From Gemmatimonadota bacterium (GTDB lineage Bacteria; Gemmatimonadota; Gemmatimonadetes; Gemmatimonadales; GWC2-71-9), in assembly GCA_036679605.1 (NCBI GenBank), contig JAZDCZ010000218.1, positions 1 through 64,000 of the forward strand: 64,000 nucleotides of DNA. The letters are read 5' to 3'. Position numbers and translations under genes: made by a program. The notes under the pieces are model-generated. The model saw only the letters and a program-made list of their open reading frames with translations, was not told where the DNA came from and did no database searches. Of this stretch, positions 51,232-61,109 are shown one piece after another. The stretch's first letter is position 1. Every line of letters begins with the position of its first letter.

Positions 51232-51793
51232 GACTCAACCTCTGCAGGGTCTCTCCGCAACCGGCGAGATACTGGCCCACCATATCGTCCCACTGCCCGC
51301 GAGCCCTCAACAAGACTTCGGCAAACTCTCGCACGGCACCGTGTCCTCCCGCAGCACTCGTTACGATGGTCGCGACTTCACGAACCTCCGCCACCGCGTT
51401 CTGGACGGCCACTGGGAGTCCAACTCTTCTCAACAACGGCAGGTCCGCCAAATCGTCTCCTAGGAACGCAACTTCGTCCATTCGGAGGTTCTTGTTGGTC
51501 AGAAGTGCTTCGAACGGCGCAAGCTTCCGGGCACCAGGGTCCTGTATTACGACCTGGATTCCCAGCTCCTCCGCCCTTATCTCGGTAGCCTCGGACACCC
51601 GGCCACTCACGATCGCAACTTCGACCCCCGCTGCCTTCAATAGCTTGATTCCGATGCTATCTTGGGTATCAAAACGTTTGAGTTCTATCGGACCATCCGG
51701 CCCTTCCCCGACGTAGATCCCTCCATCGGTCATTACACCGTCCACATCCAGGCCGACAAGGTGGATCTTCTTGGCCACTATCGGCTGGAGCAC
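51224..51793 (-). CDS. kdsC: KDO-8-phosphate phosphatase
   Basis: LDVDGVMTDG, SGR, GDDLADL and GGHGAVRE. Confidence 0.92.
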   Translation of the reverse strand: MLQPIVAKKIHLVGLDVDGVMTDGGIYVGEGPDGPIELKRFDTQDSIGIKLLKAAGVEVAIVSGRVSEATEIRAEELGIQVVIQDPGARKLAPFEALLTNKNLRMDEVAFLGDDLADLPLLRRVGLPVAVQNAVAEVREVATIVTSAAGGHGAVREFAEVLLRARGQWDDMVGQYLAGCGETLQRLSRA

Positions 51794-52602
51794 TCGACCA
51801 CCTCCCTACGGGCGCTACGCCAGATTGCGGTTGCTCGCTCCACCAAATCAGCTAGCCTTTCGAGTGGCCACATTGTTGCGGCGTCGCTCGGGGCTGCCTC
51901 GGGCCGTACGTGTGTCTCGATGAAGAAACCGTCGGCCCCGGCTGCAGCCGCAGCACACAAAAGGGCCGGCACATGCTCGCGCTGCCCTCCGCTGCTTCCG
52001 CCTCGACCCGCACCCGGTTGCTGCACCGAGTGAGTAGCATCGAAGAAAACCGAGCAGCCTGTTGCCGATTTGATCCGAGAAAAACTCCGCATATCAACTA
52101 CGAGATCACCGTAGCCAAAAAAGACTCCTCGCTCGGTCACAACTATCTCCCGGCCGCCTGCGCGCCTCACCTTCTCAACGGCCCCCCTCATCGCCTCAGG
52201 CGCCATCCACTGACCGCGCTTGATATTCACGGGAAGGCCCGATTTCCCTGCCGCCTCGAGCAAGTCGGTCTGTCTACACAGAAATGCCGGTATCTGGAGG
52301 GCATCGACAACCTCGGCGACTGCGTTCACCTGCTGCGCCTCATGCACGTCCGTCAGTACCGGCAGCCCGGTCTCCTTCTGAACCCTTGCCAAGGCTGTCA
52401 GGCCCGCATCAATACCGGGGCCCCTGTGTCCATCGGGGACGGATCGATTGGCCTTGTCAAAACTTCCTTTGAATATGACTCTGAGATCGAGTTGGGCGGA
52501 CAGATCAGCCAGTCCGGCGGCAACCTCCAAGTTGAGTTCGTCGCTCTCGAGCACGCAAGGCCCCGCAAGCAGCACCGGGACTGGAGACCAGAACCCTTCC
52601 AT
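51778..52602 (-). CDS. kdsA: KDO-8-phosphate synthase
   Basis: AGPCVLE, FDKANR, QIPAFLCRQTDL and DATHSVQQPG. Confidence 0.96.
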   Translation of the reverse strand: MEGFWSPVPVLLAGPCVLESDELNLEVAAGLADLSAQLDLRVIFKGSFDKANRSVPDGHRGPGIDAGLTALARVQKETGLPVLTDVHEAQQVNAVAEVVDALQIPAFLCRQTDLLEAAGKSGLPVNIKRGQWMAPEAMRGAVEKVRRAGGREIVVTERGVFFGYGDLVVDMRSFSRIKSATGCSVFFDATHSVQQPGAGRGGSSGGQREHVPALLCAAAAAGADGFFIETHVRPEAAPSDAATMWPLERLADLVERATAIWRSARREVVECSSR

Positions 52603-52604
52603 TC

Positions 52605-54245
52605 CTACACCCGAGTCTCCGTCAACGGAGTCTCAGCCGCACGAGCGAGCTTAGATGTGCGGGCCGCCTTAACGAAACCAGCAAACAGAGGATGTGGCCG
52701 CATAGGACGGGACTTCAATTCAGGATGGAACTGACACCCCACAAACCATGGATGCGCCGGTAGTTCTATCACCTCGACTAGCGACCCGTCTGGAGACACT
52801 CCCGAACAGTGCATCCCGTATTCACGCAATACCTCGCGATAACTATTGTTAACCTCGTAGCGGTGCCGGTGACGTTCACTCACTTCATCCGCTCCGTATA
52901 TTTGCGCAGCACGGGATCCGGCAGCGAGTTTGCATGGATACGCACCGAGTCGCATAGTCCCGCCAAGATCGGCCACGTCCCGCTGAGACTCCATGAGTGC
53001 GATTACCGGATTTTCGCATTCGGCCTCAAACTCACTGGAGTTAGCTTCGGAAAGTTTGCACATGTTGCGCGCGAACTCAATGATCGCTGTCTGTAGACCG
53101 AGACAGATGCCGAGGAACGGAAGGCCATTCTCTCTTGCCCACCGCACCGCCTCCACCATTCCCTCAACACCGCGCTCTCCAAAGCCCCCCGGCACCAGCA
53201 GAGCGTCGTAACCCGAGAGCAGCTCGCCAGCCACCTCCAGATTCACGAACCTATCGCTAGCCACCCACTCTAGCGTCACTCCCACATCGTTTGCGATACC
53301 TCCATGCACCAATGCCTCGCGAATCGAGGTGTAGGCATCACCAAGCGTAGTGTATTTGCCGACGACTGCGATCCGCACATGTTGCGACGGCTGCAGCACC
53401 TTTTGAACCATTGCCCGCCACGGTCGCAGATCAGGTTCCTTTGTGTCGAGCTGCAGACGTCGGCATACCTCTCGGTCCAATCCCTGGTCGTGCAGATGAA
53501 GGGGGACGGCGTAGATCGACGGTACGTCGCGGTTCTCTATGACGCACCCGAAATCGATGTTGCAAAACAATGAAATCTTCCGGCGGATTTCCTCCGTCAG
53601 ATCGTGCTCCGCTCTACAGATTAGAATGTCGGGCTGAATTCCGATCTCCATGAGTTCTCGCACCGAGTGCTGCGTGGGTTTGGTTTTGAGTTCGCCCGCC
53701 GCAGCAATGTATGGCACGAGGGTCAGATGAATGAACAGGGAGTTGTCGCGACCAACCTCTTGTCTAAACTGTCTGAGAGCTTCTAAGAAGGGCAGCGATT
53801 CGATGTCACCTACCGTACCACCGATCTCGATGATGACTACGTCCGTGTCCGGTGCCACCCTACGTATGGCGGTCTTTATCTCGTCTGTAATGTGCGGTAC
53901 GACCTGCACCGTGCCACCCAAATACTCTCCCCTGCGCTCCTTCGTGATGACGTTGAGATAGATCCTCCCCGTCGTAATGTTGTTGACCTGCCCGAGGGAT
54001 CTATCGGTAAAACGCTCGTAATGGCCCAGGTCAAGATCCGTTTCGGCCCCGTCGTCGGTCACGTACACCTCTCCGTGCTGAAACGGTGACATGGTGCCTG
54101 GATCAACATTTATGTACGGGTCGAATTTCTGGATCGTCACTCTTAACCCCCGCTCCGCAAGCAGCCGCCCGAGCGATGCTGCTGCTATTCCCTTCCCCAA
54201 CGAAGAAACAACCCCACCCGAAACGAAGACATATTTTGTGCTCAT
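52605..54245 (-). CDS. pyrG: CTP synthase
   Basis: [28 protein letters not shown] and QFHPE. Confidence 0.97.
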   Translation of the reverse strand: MSTKYVFVSGGVVSSLGKGIAAASLGRLLAERGLRVTIQKFDPYINVDPGTMSPFQHGEVYVTDDGAETDLDLGHYERFTDRSLGQVNNITTGRIYLNVITKERRGEYLGGTVQVVPHITDEIKTAIRRVAPDTDVVIIEIGGTVGDIESLPFLEALRQFRQEVGRDNSLFIHLTLVPYIAAAGELKTKPTQHSVRELMEIGIQPDILICRAEHDLTEEIRRKISLFCNIDFGCVIENRDVPSIYAVPLHLHDQGLDREVCRRLQLDTKEPDLRPWRAMVQKVLQPSQHVRIAVVGKYTTLGDAYTSIREALVHGGIANDVGVTLEWVASDRFVNLEVAGELLSGYDALLVPGGFGERGVEGMVEAVRWARENGLPFLGICLGLQTAIIEFARNMCKLSEANSSEFEAECENPVIALMESQRDVADLGGTMRLGAYPCKLAAGSRAAQIYGADEVSERHRHRYEVNNSYREVLREYGMHCSGVSPDGSLVEVIELPAHPWFVGCQFHPELKSRPMRPHPLFAGFVKAARTSKLARAAETPLTETRV

Positions 54246-54985
54246 ATCGTCACCTGAAGCTCGTTGGATAACGCCCCGGCGCGACGTAGGTCTTCGGGCG
54301 TGTCGATACTGTGTGGTGCGGGCTGGTCGAGCACACGTACGCCTATGGGAGTACCGTGCTCCAATGGTCTCAGTTGCTCGAGTCTCAGCTCACGTTCACT
54401 CGAGGTTGCCGGCAGCCGTACCCAGTTTAGCAAGGCTTCTCTTGTATAGGCGTAGACACCAATGTGGTGGTAAACCGCCAGAGCTGAGGCATCGCCAAGC
54501 TCTGTCGCATGACGCGAGAATCTGTGTGCCCGTCCAGTGGCGTCCACCCAAACCTTTACCTTGCTGCCATCCTCGAGACACTCGCTCGCCAATCGTGCCG
54601 CCGCCGTGCCGATCGGGAACCCAGTCCGTACCATTTCCAACGCTCCGCTCACCGCGCGCTCTGGAATGAATGGCTGGTCGCCCTGAACGTTGAGTACGAC
54701 ATCGATGTGCTCATACTCCGGCCTAGATAGAATCTCGGCCGCACGATCGGTCCCGGAGCAGTGTGCCCCGTTGGTCAGAATACCTGTGATCCCGATTGGG
54801 GCCACAGCTTCGACAACCCGTTGATCGTCGGTGGCGACCACTAACTCTGCTACCATACCAAGACTCAGCACTCGCCGCGCTACCACCCTGATAAGCGGTT
54901 CGCCGGCGATTAGAGACAATGGTTTATCGGGAAGTCGGGTCGAGCCGATGCGGGCCGGAATGACTGTTAGGACGTGCACAGCCAA
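54242..54985 (-). CDS. kdsB: CMP-KDO synthetase
   Basis: [32 protein letters not shown] and LEQLR. True start may be GTG 54979. Confidence 0.94.
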   Translation of the reverse strand: MAVHVLTVIPARIGSTRLPDKPLSLIAGEPLIRVVARRVLSLGMVAELVVATDDQRVVEAVAPIGITGILTNGAHCSGTDRAAEILSRPEYEHIDVVLNVQGDQPFIPERAVSGALEMVRTGFPIGTAAARLASECLEDGSKVKVWVDATGRAHRFSRHATELGDASALAVYHHIGVYAYTREALLNWVRLPATSSERELRLEQLRPLEHGTPIGVRVLDQPAPHSIDTPEDLRRAGALSNELQVTI

Positions 54986-55013
54986 AGTTAACAGGCCACG
55001 GTCCCAGTGTCAA
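54985..55013 (-). promoter_or_regulatory. sigma70 promoter of the kdsB...rpoN...ppm operon
   Basis: On the - strand TTGACA-17 bp-TAACTT with TG extended -10. Confidence 0.7.
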
Positions 55014-55032
55014 AAGTCGTGCCAGCACGACT
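55011..55032 (-). terminator. Short hairpin plus T-run downstream of the trpG-like gene (possible terminator)
   Basis: AGTCGTG-ctgg-CACGACT then TTT on the - strand. Confidence 0.4.
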
Positions 55033-55088
55033 CAGGCCAGCCACAGTCATGCTAGCCTCTTTTCACCACACGACTTACAGGGCCGTGA

Positions 55089-55673
55089 CTATTGAGCTAG
55101 CTGCAAAAAATTTCCAATTAACCTCTTGCCCAATTTCGTGCCCACCGACTCGGGATGAAACTGAACACCGAACACACGGTCGGTCCGGTGCACTAACCCC
55201 ATGATTTCGGACCCTGAGGGACGATCGGAGGTCCAGGCGGTCACCGTCAGGTCGGCGGGCAACGAGGCCGGCTCCACGAGAAGCGAGTGATACCGCATTG
55301 CGGTCATCGGTGATGGAAGATCCTTGAATATTCCGTCGCTGCTATGGACTATCTCGGAAGTCTTGCCGTGCATTAACCGGCCGGCTCGCACCACCTTGCC
55401 GCCAAACGCCACTGCTATCGATTGATGTCCCAGACAGACGCCCAACAAGGGCACTCGACCTACGCACCAACGCGCCAGGGAGACACTGATGCCGGCATCC
55501 TCCGGGATCCCCGGTCCCGGAGATATCACAATGCCAGCTGGAGCGTTTGCCTCAATTTCCTCTATGGTGATCTGATCGTTCATCTTCACAACCGGATCTG
55601 CACCGAGTTCACCAAGGTATTGAACTAGGTTGTACGTGAAGGAGTCGTAGTTATCCAGTACGAGGATCGTCAT
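55089..55673 (-). CDS. trpG: Anthranilate/aminodeoxychorismate synthase component II (glutamine amidotransferase)
   Basis: DNYDSFTYNLVQY, SPGPG, GVCLGHQ, RYHSL and QFHPES. ATG 55673 overlaps the xerD stop. Confidence 0.9.
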   Translation of the reverse strand: MTILVLDNYDSFTYNLVQYLGELGADPVVKMNDQITIEEIEANAPAGIVISPGPGIPEDAGISVSLARWCVGRVPLLGVCLGHQSIAVAFGGKVVRAGRLMHGKTSEIVHSSDGIFKDLPSPMTAMRYHSLLVEPASLPADLTVTAWTSDRPSGSEIMGLVHRTDRVFGVQFHPESVGTKLGKRLIGNFLQLAQ

Positions 55674-56590
55674 GGTCGCGGGTGGTAGGATTTGTGAACA
55701 CTTCTCAAGTAATCTCGATCGACATGCGTGTATATCTGAGTTGTTGCAAGATCGGCGTGCCCCAACATTTCCTGCACCGCTCTTAGATCCGCCCCTCCTT
55801 CGAGCAAGTGGGTCGCGAACGTGTGGCGCAATGTGTGAGGTGTAACACGCTTTACTATCCCCGCACGCGCTGCGCACTTCTTGATGATCTGCCACGCACC
55901 GACCCTCGAAAGCGGCTGGCCGCGTACGTTTAGCAGTAGCCTGCCCTTTGTCTTGCCACGGTCCAACCCGGGCCGTACTTCACGAACGTAAACAGCCGCG
56001 GCCCCCAACGCCTTACGCCCTATCGGCACCAATCGTTCCTTTGACCCCTTACCCATCACCCTCACCAGGGCATCGTCAAACCAGAGATCGTTCAATCCCA
56101 ACCCAACCAGCTCGGAAACACGTGCGCCCGTTGCATAGGCCACTTCGATCAACGACCGGTCCCTCCATGCCAGCCGCTCATCCGGATTCGGGACAGCTAG
56201 TAATGCCTCGACTTCCTCGACCGTTAGGACCTCCGGAAGGGTTCGCCAGCCCTTCGGAGTTTCGAGCCTAGCGCTGGGATCTGACTCCGAATAACCCTCA
56301 GAGGTGAGAAACCGGTAGTAGGTCCGTATCGCCGATATTCCTCGCCGGATGCTCGCGGGAGCAAGTCCTAGGTCCTTGAGGTGAAACACGAAGTCCCGCA
56401 ACAGTTCCGGCGTTACGGCGTTGGGGTCCCGAACCTTGCGAGACCATGAAAAGGACGCCAATCGTCCGACATCCCTCAAGTAGCTCGCAATCGTGTTCTG
56501 GCTGTTGCCGGCTTCGAGTCCCAGATAATCTTCAAATCGCTCGATCAGAAAGGCTCGACCCACATCTTGAGCAAACTCGGTTCGGGTCAT
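55670..56590 (-). CDS. xerD: Site-specific tyrosine recombinase XerD
   Basis: YATGARVSEL, GKGSKERLVP, HTLRHTFATHLLEGGADLR.VQEMLGH and TTQIYTHV. Confidence 0.92.
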   Translation of the reverse strand: MTRTEFAQDVGRAFLIERFEDYLGLEAGNSQNTIASYLRDVGRLASFSWSRKVRDPNAVTPELLRDFVFHLKDLGLAPASIRRGISAIRTYYRFLTSEGYSESDPSARLETPKGWRTLPEVLTVEEVEALLAVPNPDERLAWRDRSLIEVAYATGARVSELVGLGLNDLWFDDALVRVMGKGSKERLVPIGRKALGAAAVYVREVRPGLDRGKTKGRLLLNVRGQPLSRVGAWQIIKKCAARAGIVKRVTPHTLRHTFATHLLEGGADLRAVQEMLGHADLATTQIYTHVDRDYLRSVHKSYHPRP

Positions 56591-57228
56591 GTTTCACCCG
56601 CGCTGCCTCGTCGCCCTCTGACCCACAGCAACCACGCAGCTACACCGACAAGGACCGCCGCAAGTGCAATCAGACCGACCCGATTGATTTCCAACAGCAA
56701 CGCGGCTACATCGTCCAGCCTCAGTAACAGCTTGGCTGCAATAAACGTCAAGGCGCCGTACCAGATCCCAGACGCCACCGCCATGGGTATCAGGGCTCGT
56801 GCGCTACCTAGGCCCGCGATACCCGCAAACGGGGGCACTACCGCCCGCACCCCAGGCACAAAGCGGCTCAGGAATATTCCCCATGTACCGTAGCGCTCGT
56901 ACAGTCGCTCCAGGCGCCGTAATGACTTGGGTTTCAGCAAGCGGACGCCAAGCCTGCCGCGAAAGAAATCGCGACCGAACGTGCGGGCCGCAAGGTAGAC
57001 TCCGATCGCAGACGTCACATTGGCAGTCCACGTTACCCCGAAGATTCCCAAGGCTGAGACCGTTCCCGTGTTGGAGAGAAACGCACCCAAGGCTACCGCA
57101 GTGTCTGCAGGGATCGGTGGAAACAGGTTTTCCAATGCGGCCAAAACCGCTACAGTCATATAGAGAACCATCGGAGGTAACAAGGGGAACTGCTGCAGCA
57201 GATGTTCTATCGGACTAGGCCCCTCCAA
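56587..57228 (-). CDS. DedA-family membrane protein
   Basis: LENLFPPIPAD and SRFVPGVR. Confidence 0.88.
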   Translation of the reverse strand: MEGPSPIEHLLQQFPLLPPMVLYMTVAVLAALENLFPPIPADTAVALGAFLSNTGTVSALGIFGVTWTANVTSAIGVYLAARTFGRDFFRGRLGVRLLKPKSLRRLERLYERYGTWGIFLSRFVPGVRAVVPPFAGIAGLGSARALIPMAVASGIWYGALTFIAAKLLLRLDDVAALLLEINRVGLIALAAVLVGVAAWLLWVRGRRGSAGET

Positions 57229-57694
57229 CCGCAGCTATTGCAAAAACCTGAAGCCCTTTCCCTCTCCCAACGGCATCCATCTTCTCGTTGGTCTTCGCCT
57301 TGATGGAAACTGCTCCTAGCTCGATCCCTAGGGCTCTTGCCACGTGTTCACGCATCTCTTCGATATGGGGAGTCAACTTGGGTGTCTCTGCAACTACCGT
57401 AACATCCACGTTTACAATCTGATAGCTGGCAGCGATAACGCGACGCTTCACATCAGCCAGCATCTCGAGCGAGTTCGCGTTTTTCCAGCGCTTGTCAGTA
57501 TCGGGAAACAGTCGTCCTATATCCCCCATTGCCACGGCCCCTAGAAGTGCGTCGATCAACGCGTGGGCCACCGCGTCACCGTCGGAGTGGCCCTTTAGTC
57601 CGCTGTCATGGTCGATCTCGACACCGCCCAGCACTAGCGGGCGCTTTGCCCCAAAAACATGGGAGTCGTATCCGAGTCCGAATCGTTGTTTCAT
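57215..57694 (-). CDS. ispF: 2-C-methyl-D-erythritol 2,4-cyclodiphosphate synthase
   Basis: GYDSH, GHSDGD, GDIG..FPD and KAKTNE. Start placed at ATG 57694. Confidence 0.95.
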   Translation of the reverse strand: MKQRFGLGYDSHVFGAKRPLVLGGVEIDHDSGLKGHSDGDAVAHALIDALLGAVAMGDIGRLFPDTDKRWKNANSLEMLADVKRRVIAASYQIVNVDVTVVAETPKLTPHIEEMREHVARALGIELGAVSIKAKTNEKMDAVGRGKGLQVFAIAAVGGA

Positions 57695-57783
57695 GAGGGG
57701 ATGATAGACGATATCCTTGCGGGACGGTAGGGTAAGTGGCCCTGAGAACGCCCGCCCTGTGACCGATGACTCAAGCTCGGAGC

Positions 57784-57896
57784 ATGGCTCATACAGGAGT
57801 TCCCGGTTCCCTAGATATCCAGGAGGCAACTGCAGGTCGACATTCTCTCGAGCGAGAAATCGGCCGCGGTAATATGGGGATCGCTACGTGGCTCGT
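57784..57896 (+). pseudogene. Remnant 5' end of a Hanks-type Ser/Thr kinase gene
   Basis: IQEATAGRHSLEREIGRGNMGI then, after a 1-nt shift (ATC GC TAC GTG GCT CGT), YVAR. Matches kinase subdomain I RYxLERELGRGGMGxVYLAR. Confidence 0.6.
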
Positions 57897-57932
57897 CTTG
57901 TTCGTAATTGCGTATGTTGACGGCGATACCAT

Positions 57933-60284
57933 CTATCTGATGGGCAGGAAGAAAGCATTGTTGTCGGTCACCAATGGACCAGAACCAACATAAACACCTA
58001 GGCCCTTTTCAAACAAAGCCAGGTAACCTACGATGGCAAGCGGCGGTCCCAGATCATCCCGAACAATTGTATTATCTGCGGCCGCAGCCAAGGCGGTATT
58101 GAGCCCTTCCTCTGTCAACGGCCGCGGTGTTGCTACCAAGAAACTATGGATGCCACCCGTATACCACAGCGTCGTATGCGGAAACACATGGTGAAATGTA
58201 CGCATGATTGCCTGATAATCCGCCCCACTTAGGCTGTGGATAGGCAACCATTGCATAAATACGCCATCAGTGGAGAGTCGCTGGCGTACCAACTCGTAGA
58301 ACTCCTGAGTAAATAGGATCCAACTGTTGGCATTGGATGGATGGGTGGCATCGACGGTAATAATGTCGTACTGATCATCACTTTGCATCAAGAAGTTACG
58401 GGCGTCTTCTATGTGTAAGCGTAGCCGACTACTGCTCAACACATCGTAATTCTCCTCGTGATAGATTTGAGCAGCCTCAATCATCTCTCGAGACAGGTCC
58501 ACCGCATCAATCACCGGGATGTTGTGGGTGTTCAACGTGCCGGTAGCAATGCCGTTACCGAAGCTGAGAACTAGAGCGTTACGGGCGTTGGGCCGGAGCA
58601 GGGGGGGTAGGTGTCCTAACAAATGAAAGGCAAGCATACTTACCTCACCCGTGGGAACCTCATCACGGCCATTAACATAAGAGATCTTAAAGCTGCGCAC
58701 CGTGCTATCTTGCTCGGCACTATCCGTTCGGCGCTCGATCGGCTGGCCCGAAAGCAACTCTCGGAATTTATCTGGGGGTAAGTCAAAGACGGCTACAGTA
58801 GTTTCTACGCCTTCTTTGTAATAGACCAGGTAATCAGTTGGCTCCTCGCGAAAACCAAGATAGAGACCCGGCGGCATAACAAAAGTAGCTATCAAAGCCA
58901 AGCCCAGTACCGGTAATGGAACCCAGCGCAGTCTTGATTGGTTGCGAGGAGCTAGCCATAAGGCCCCGGTCCCCAGAACCAAATATGTTCCCGACAATAA
59001 CAGGCACGTGTTGCGCAGACCCAAAACTGGGATCAAGACAAATCCGGCCCCGAGGGAGCCTACAATCGCTCCGAGTGTATTTAGGGCGCTGACGGTTCCG
59101 ACACGGAGTCCCACTTCTGCCGTTCGTTCACGAGTATATAAACTACTGACGATCGGAAAGAGTGCACCTATCAGGACGGTAGAGGGAAACAAGGTGATGA
59201 AGGCCAAGAGCAGCTCATATAGCACCTCCCGAGTGACGCTGTATCCGCCGAACACATCTTGTATACGTATAGAGGGAAGACGAGCAAAGACAAATAGGGC
59301 TAGTATGGACAGAAGGCCGATACCCAATTGTAATATTCCAAACTGCGCCAGCGTGCCCCGGTAATGGCGAAGCCACCATACTCCCAAGGCACTCCCCACT
59401 GCCAGGCCTGACAAAAACACTGTGAGCATCAAAGAAAAAGAGTATACCGCATGCAAAGTGTGGATGGACAAAATACGGGCCCAGACTATCTCATACCCCA
59501 AAGCGAGAAAACCAGAAATGGCGTAGCCGACTGCTACGTAATGCAACACCCTCGGGGAAAGTTCGAGGGGTTCTGGCCTAGTTTGATGTCGGTGTTCAGG
59601 ATGGGCGGCCTTGGCAGAGGCTGCAGTCGCTTGCGACGGTTCCGCCGGTTGCTCTTGACTCTGTCGCCTGCCAGATAACCCAGCTAACCAAAGCGCACCG
59701 GCGGCCACCGAGAGGTTCAGCGCTGCACCTAAGAACACTGTCTCTCGCAAGCCGAATAGCCGAATCAGGAAAACACCAGTAAGCAAACAGCCCAGAACCG
59801 CTCCGGCGGTATTGACCAGATATAGCCTCCCAACATCACTGCCCACTTTCCCTACCTGAGTGGCATAAATTTGGCTCATAATGGGTAGCGTGGCACCGAT
59901 CAAGAATGTGATTGGTGTGAGCACTACGATCGAAAGCACCACTCGCAGCAGCGTGAGCCAGACCAACCCCGGATGAAAAGCGTGGGTTACGGCTGCGTAA
60001 AACCCGTTCAAAGAGGTGAGGACTAGGGGAGAGAGTGCCGCCAGAAAAGCAATACCTATTTCCAAAATGGCGTAAGTGCGCAATGGGCGGCTACGGTTAC
60101 TTGCTCGCTTTCCCATCAGATAACTGCCCAACGCCAGACCAATCATATAGGCGCCCAACACAGCGCTATAGGCGTAAACGCTGACCCCAAAAGTGAGAGA
60201 GGCCTGGCGAACCCAGGCGATTTCGTAAATCAGGCCACTAATACCTGATAAAAAGAAGAAAACAAGGAGGTAGAGTCGTTGCAT
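57933..60284 (-). CDS. Fused multi-TM (MFS-like) / spermidine-synthase-like protein
   Basis: SGISGLIYEIAW.R, twice-repeated TM module (Y..NT.GA.LG), then SFGNG, IEDARNFL and YDIITVDATHP, FTQEFY. Confidence 0.82.
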   Translation of the reverse strand: MQRLYLLVFFFLSGISGLIYEIAWVRQASLTFGVSVYAYSAVLGAYMIGLALGSYLMGKRASNRSRPLRTYAILEIGIAFLAALSPLVLTSLNGFYAAVTHAFHPGLVWLTLLRVVLSIVVLTPITFLIGATLPIMSQIYATQVGKVGSDVGRLYLVNTAGAVLGCLLTGVFLIRLFGLRETVFLGAALNLSVAAGALWLAGLSGRRQSQEQPAEPSQATAASAKAAHPEHRHQTRPEPLELSPRVLHYVAVGYAISGFLALGYEIVWARILSIHTLHAVYSFSLMLTVFLSGLAVGSALGVWWLRHYRGTLAQFGILQLGIGLLSILALFVFARLPSIRIQDVFGGYSVTREVLYELLLAFITLFPSTVLIGALFPIVSSLYTRERTAEVGLRVGTVSALNTLGAIVGSLGAGFVLIPVLGLRNTCLLLSGTYLVLGTGALWLAPRNQSRLRWVPLPVLGLALIATFVMPPGLYLGFREEPTDYLVYYKEGVETTVAVFDLPPDKFRELLSGQPIERRTDSAEQDSTVRSFKISYVNGRDEVPTGEVSMLAFHLLGHLPPLLRPNARNALVLSFGNGIATGTLNTHNIPVIDAVDLSREMIEAAQIYHEENYDVLSSSRLRLHIEDARNFLMQSDDQYDIITVDATHPSNANSWILFTQEFYELVRQRLSTDGVFMQWLPIHSLSGADYQAIMRTFHHVFPHTTLWYTGGIHSFLVATPRPLTEEGLNTALAAAADNTIVRDDLGPPLAIVGYLALFEKGLGVYVGSGPLVTDNNAFFLPIR

Positions 60285-60618
60285 ATGATCTTCCCACGCT
60301 ATCGTGGATAACTAGAGTGCCCCGCTTGACGCCCACCTATGTCTATGGCGCCGGGTTCCATTATAGAATGAATCGATATAATCGCACACGTTTGCTTTGG
60401 CCAGTCCCTGCGACTTATGGGATTCGTTTCAGCATGCGCTCCTTATTTCGGATGCCGCCAAAGTACCTCTCAGCCCCTGGGTTCTCCCCGCAGTTCCCCG
60501 ACGACTCGTGCTTAGTTGACGGTACCTTCTAGTCGGTAAGCTCCCTGGCGCTGCCATAGCTGCCCAGATCGCTGTATAATACGTGACACACAGCCCAGTC
60601 CAACAGAGAGTTTTTCGT

Positions 60619-61077
60619 ATGAAGCCTATTGGCCTGACCGCGGTAACCATAGTTGTCCTCTTCGCCACTGGACTTGCTTGTGCCGGCAGTGGCCCGGGAA
60701 TGACGGAGCCGGGCGAGAATAACGATGATGGCTCTGAAAACGGACTCGATCTGACTTTCTCTGGTTCAGTTCAGCCCATCTTCAACCAGCGATGCGCACT
60801 CTCCCGTTGCCACACGGGCACCTCTCCCGCAGGGGAATTAAACCTGGAACAGGGCCAGGCTCACGGCAACATCGTGAATGTCACTGGCAGCGTGCCTACG
60901 ATCAAGCTGATCCGCCCGGGTCTCCCAGACTCCAGTTTCCTGGTGCACAAGATTCAAGGGACGCAGGCCAGCGTCGGAGGTTCCGGAAATCGAATGCCAC
61001 TCCTCAATTGCTGTCTATCGCAGAATCAGATCGATGCTATTCGCGCATGGATAAGAGTGGGGGCGCGCAACAACTGA
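60619..61077 (+). CDS. Lipoprotein with cytochrome c-like domain (CX4CH)
   Basis: Lipobox GLAC; F...VQPIF.QRCALSRCH, PG.PDSS.L..KI, RMP and I.AWI..GA; TATAAT at 60575. Confidence 0.72.
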   Translation: MKPIGLTAVTIVVLFATGLACAGSGPGMTEPGENNDDGSENGLDLTFSGSVQPIFNQRCALSRCHTGTSPAGELNLEQGQAHGNIVNVTGSVPTIKLIRPGLPDSSFLVHKIQGTQASVGGSGNRMPLLNCCLSQNQIDAIRAWIRVGARNN

Positions 61078-61109
61078 GCGACACGCTGCAACATCGCTAT
61101 CAAGTCCCC

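Noticed and set aside
51910..52734. Long antisense ORFs (274 aa here; also 44724-45404, 48666-49322, 61509-62147)
   Set aside because: Shadows of well-supported genes in GC-rich DNA, with no recognisable motifs.
55670..56590. Tyrosine recombinase as a prophage or island integrase
   Set aside because: Motifs are XerD-type, it overlaps housekeeping genes, and no att repeats or phage genes are nearby.
60285..60580. Short ORFs 60317-60532 and 60429-60668, or the rest of the broken kinase
   Set aside because: No kinase motifs or other recognisable features; likely a divergent promoter region.
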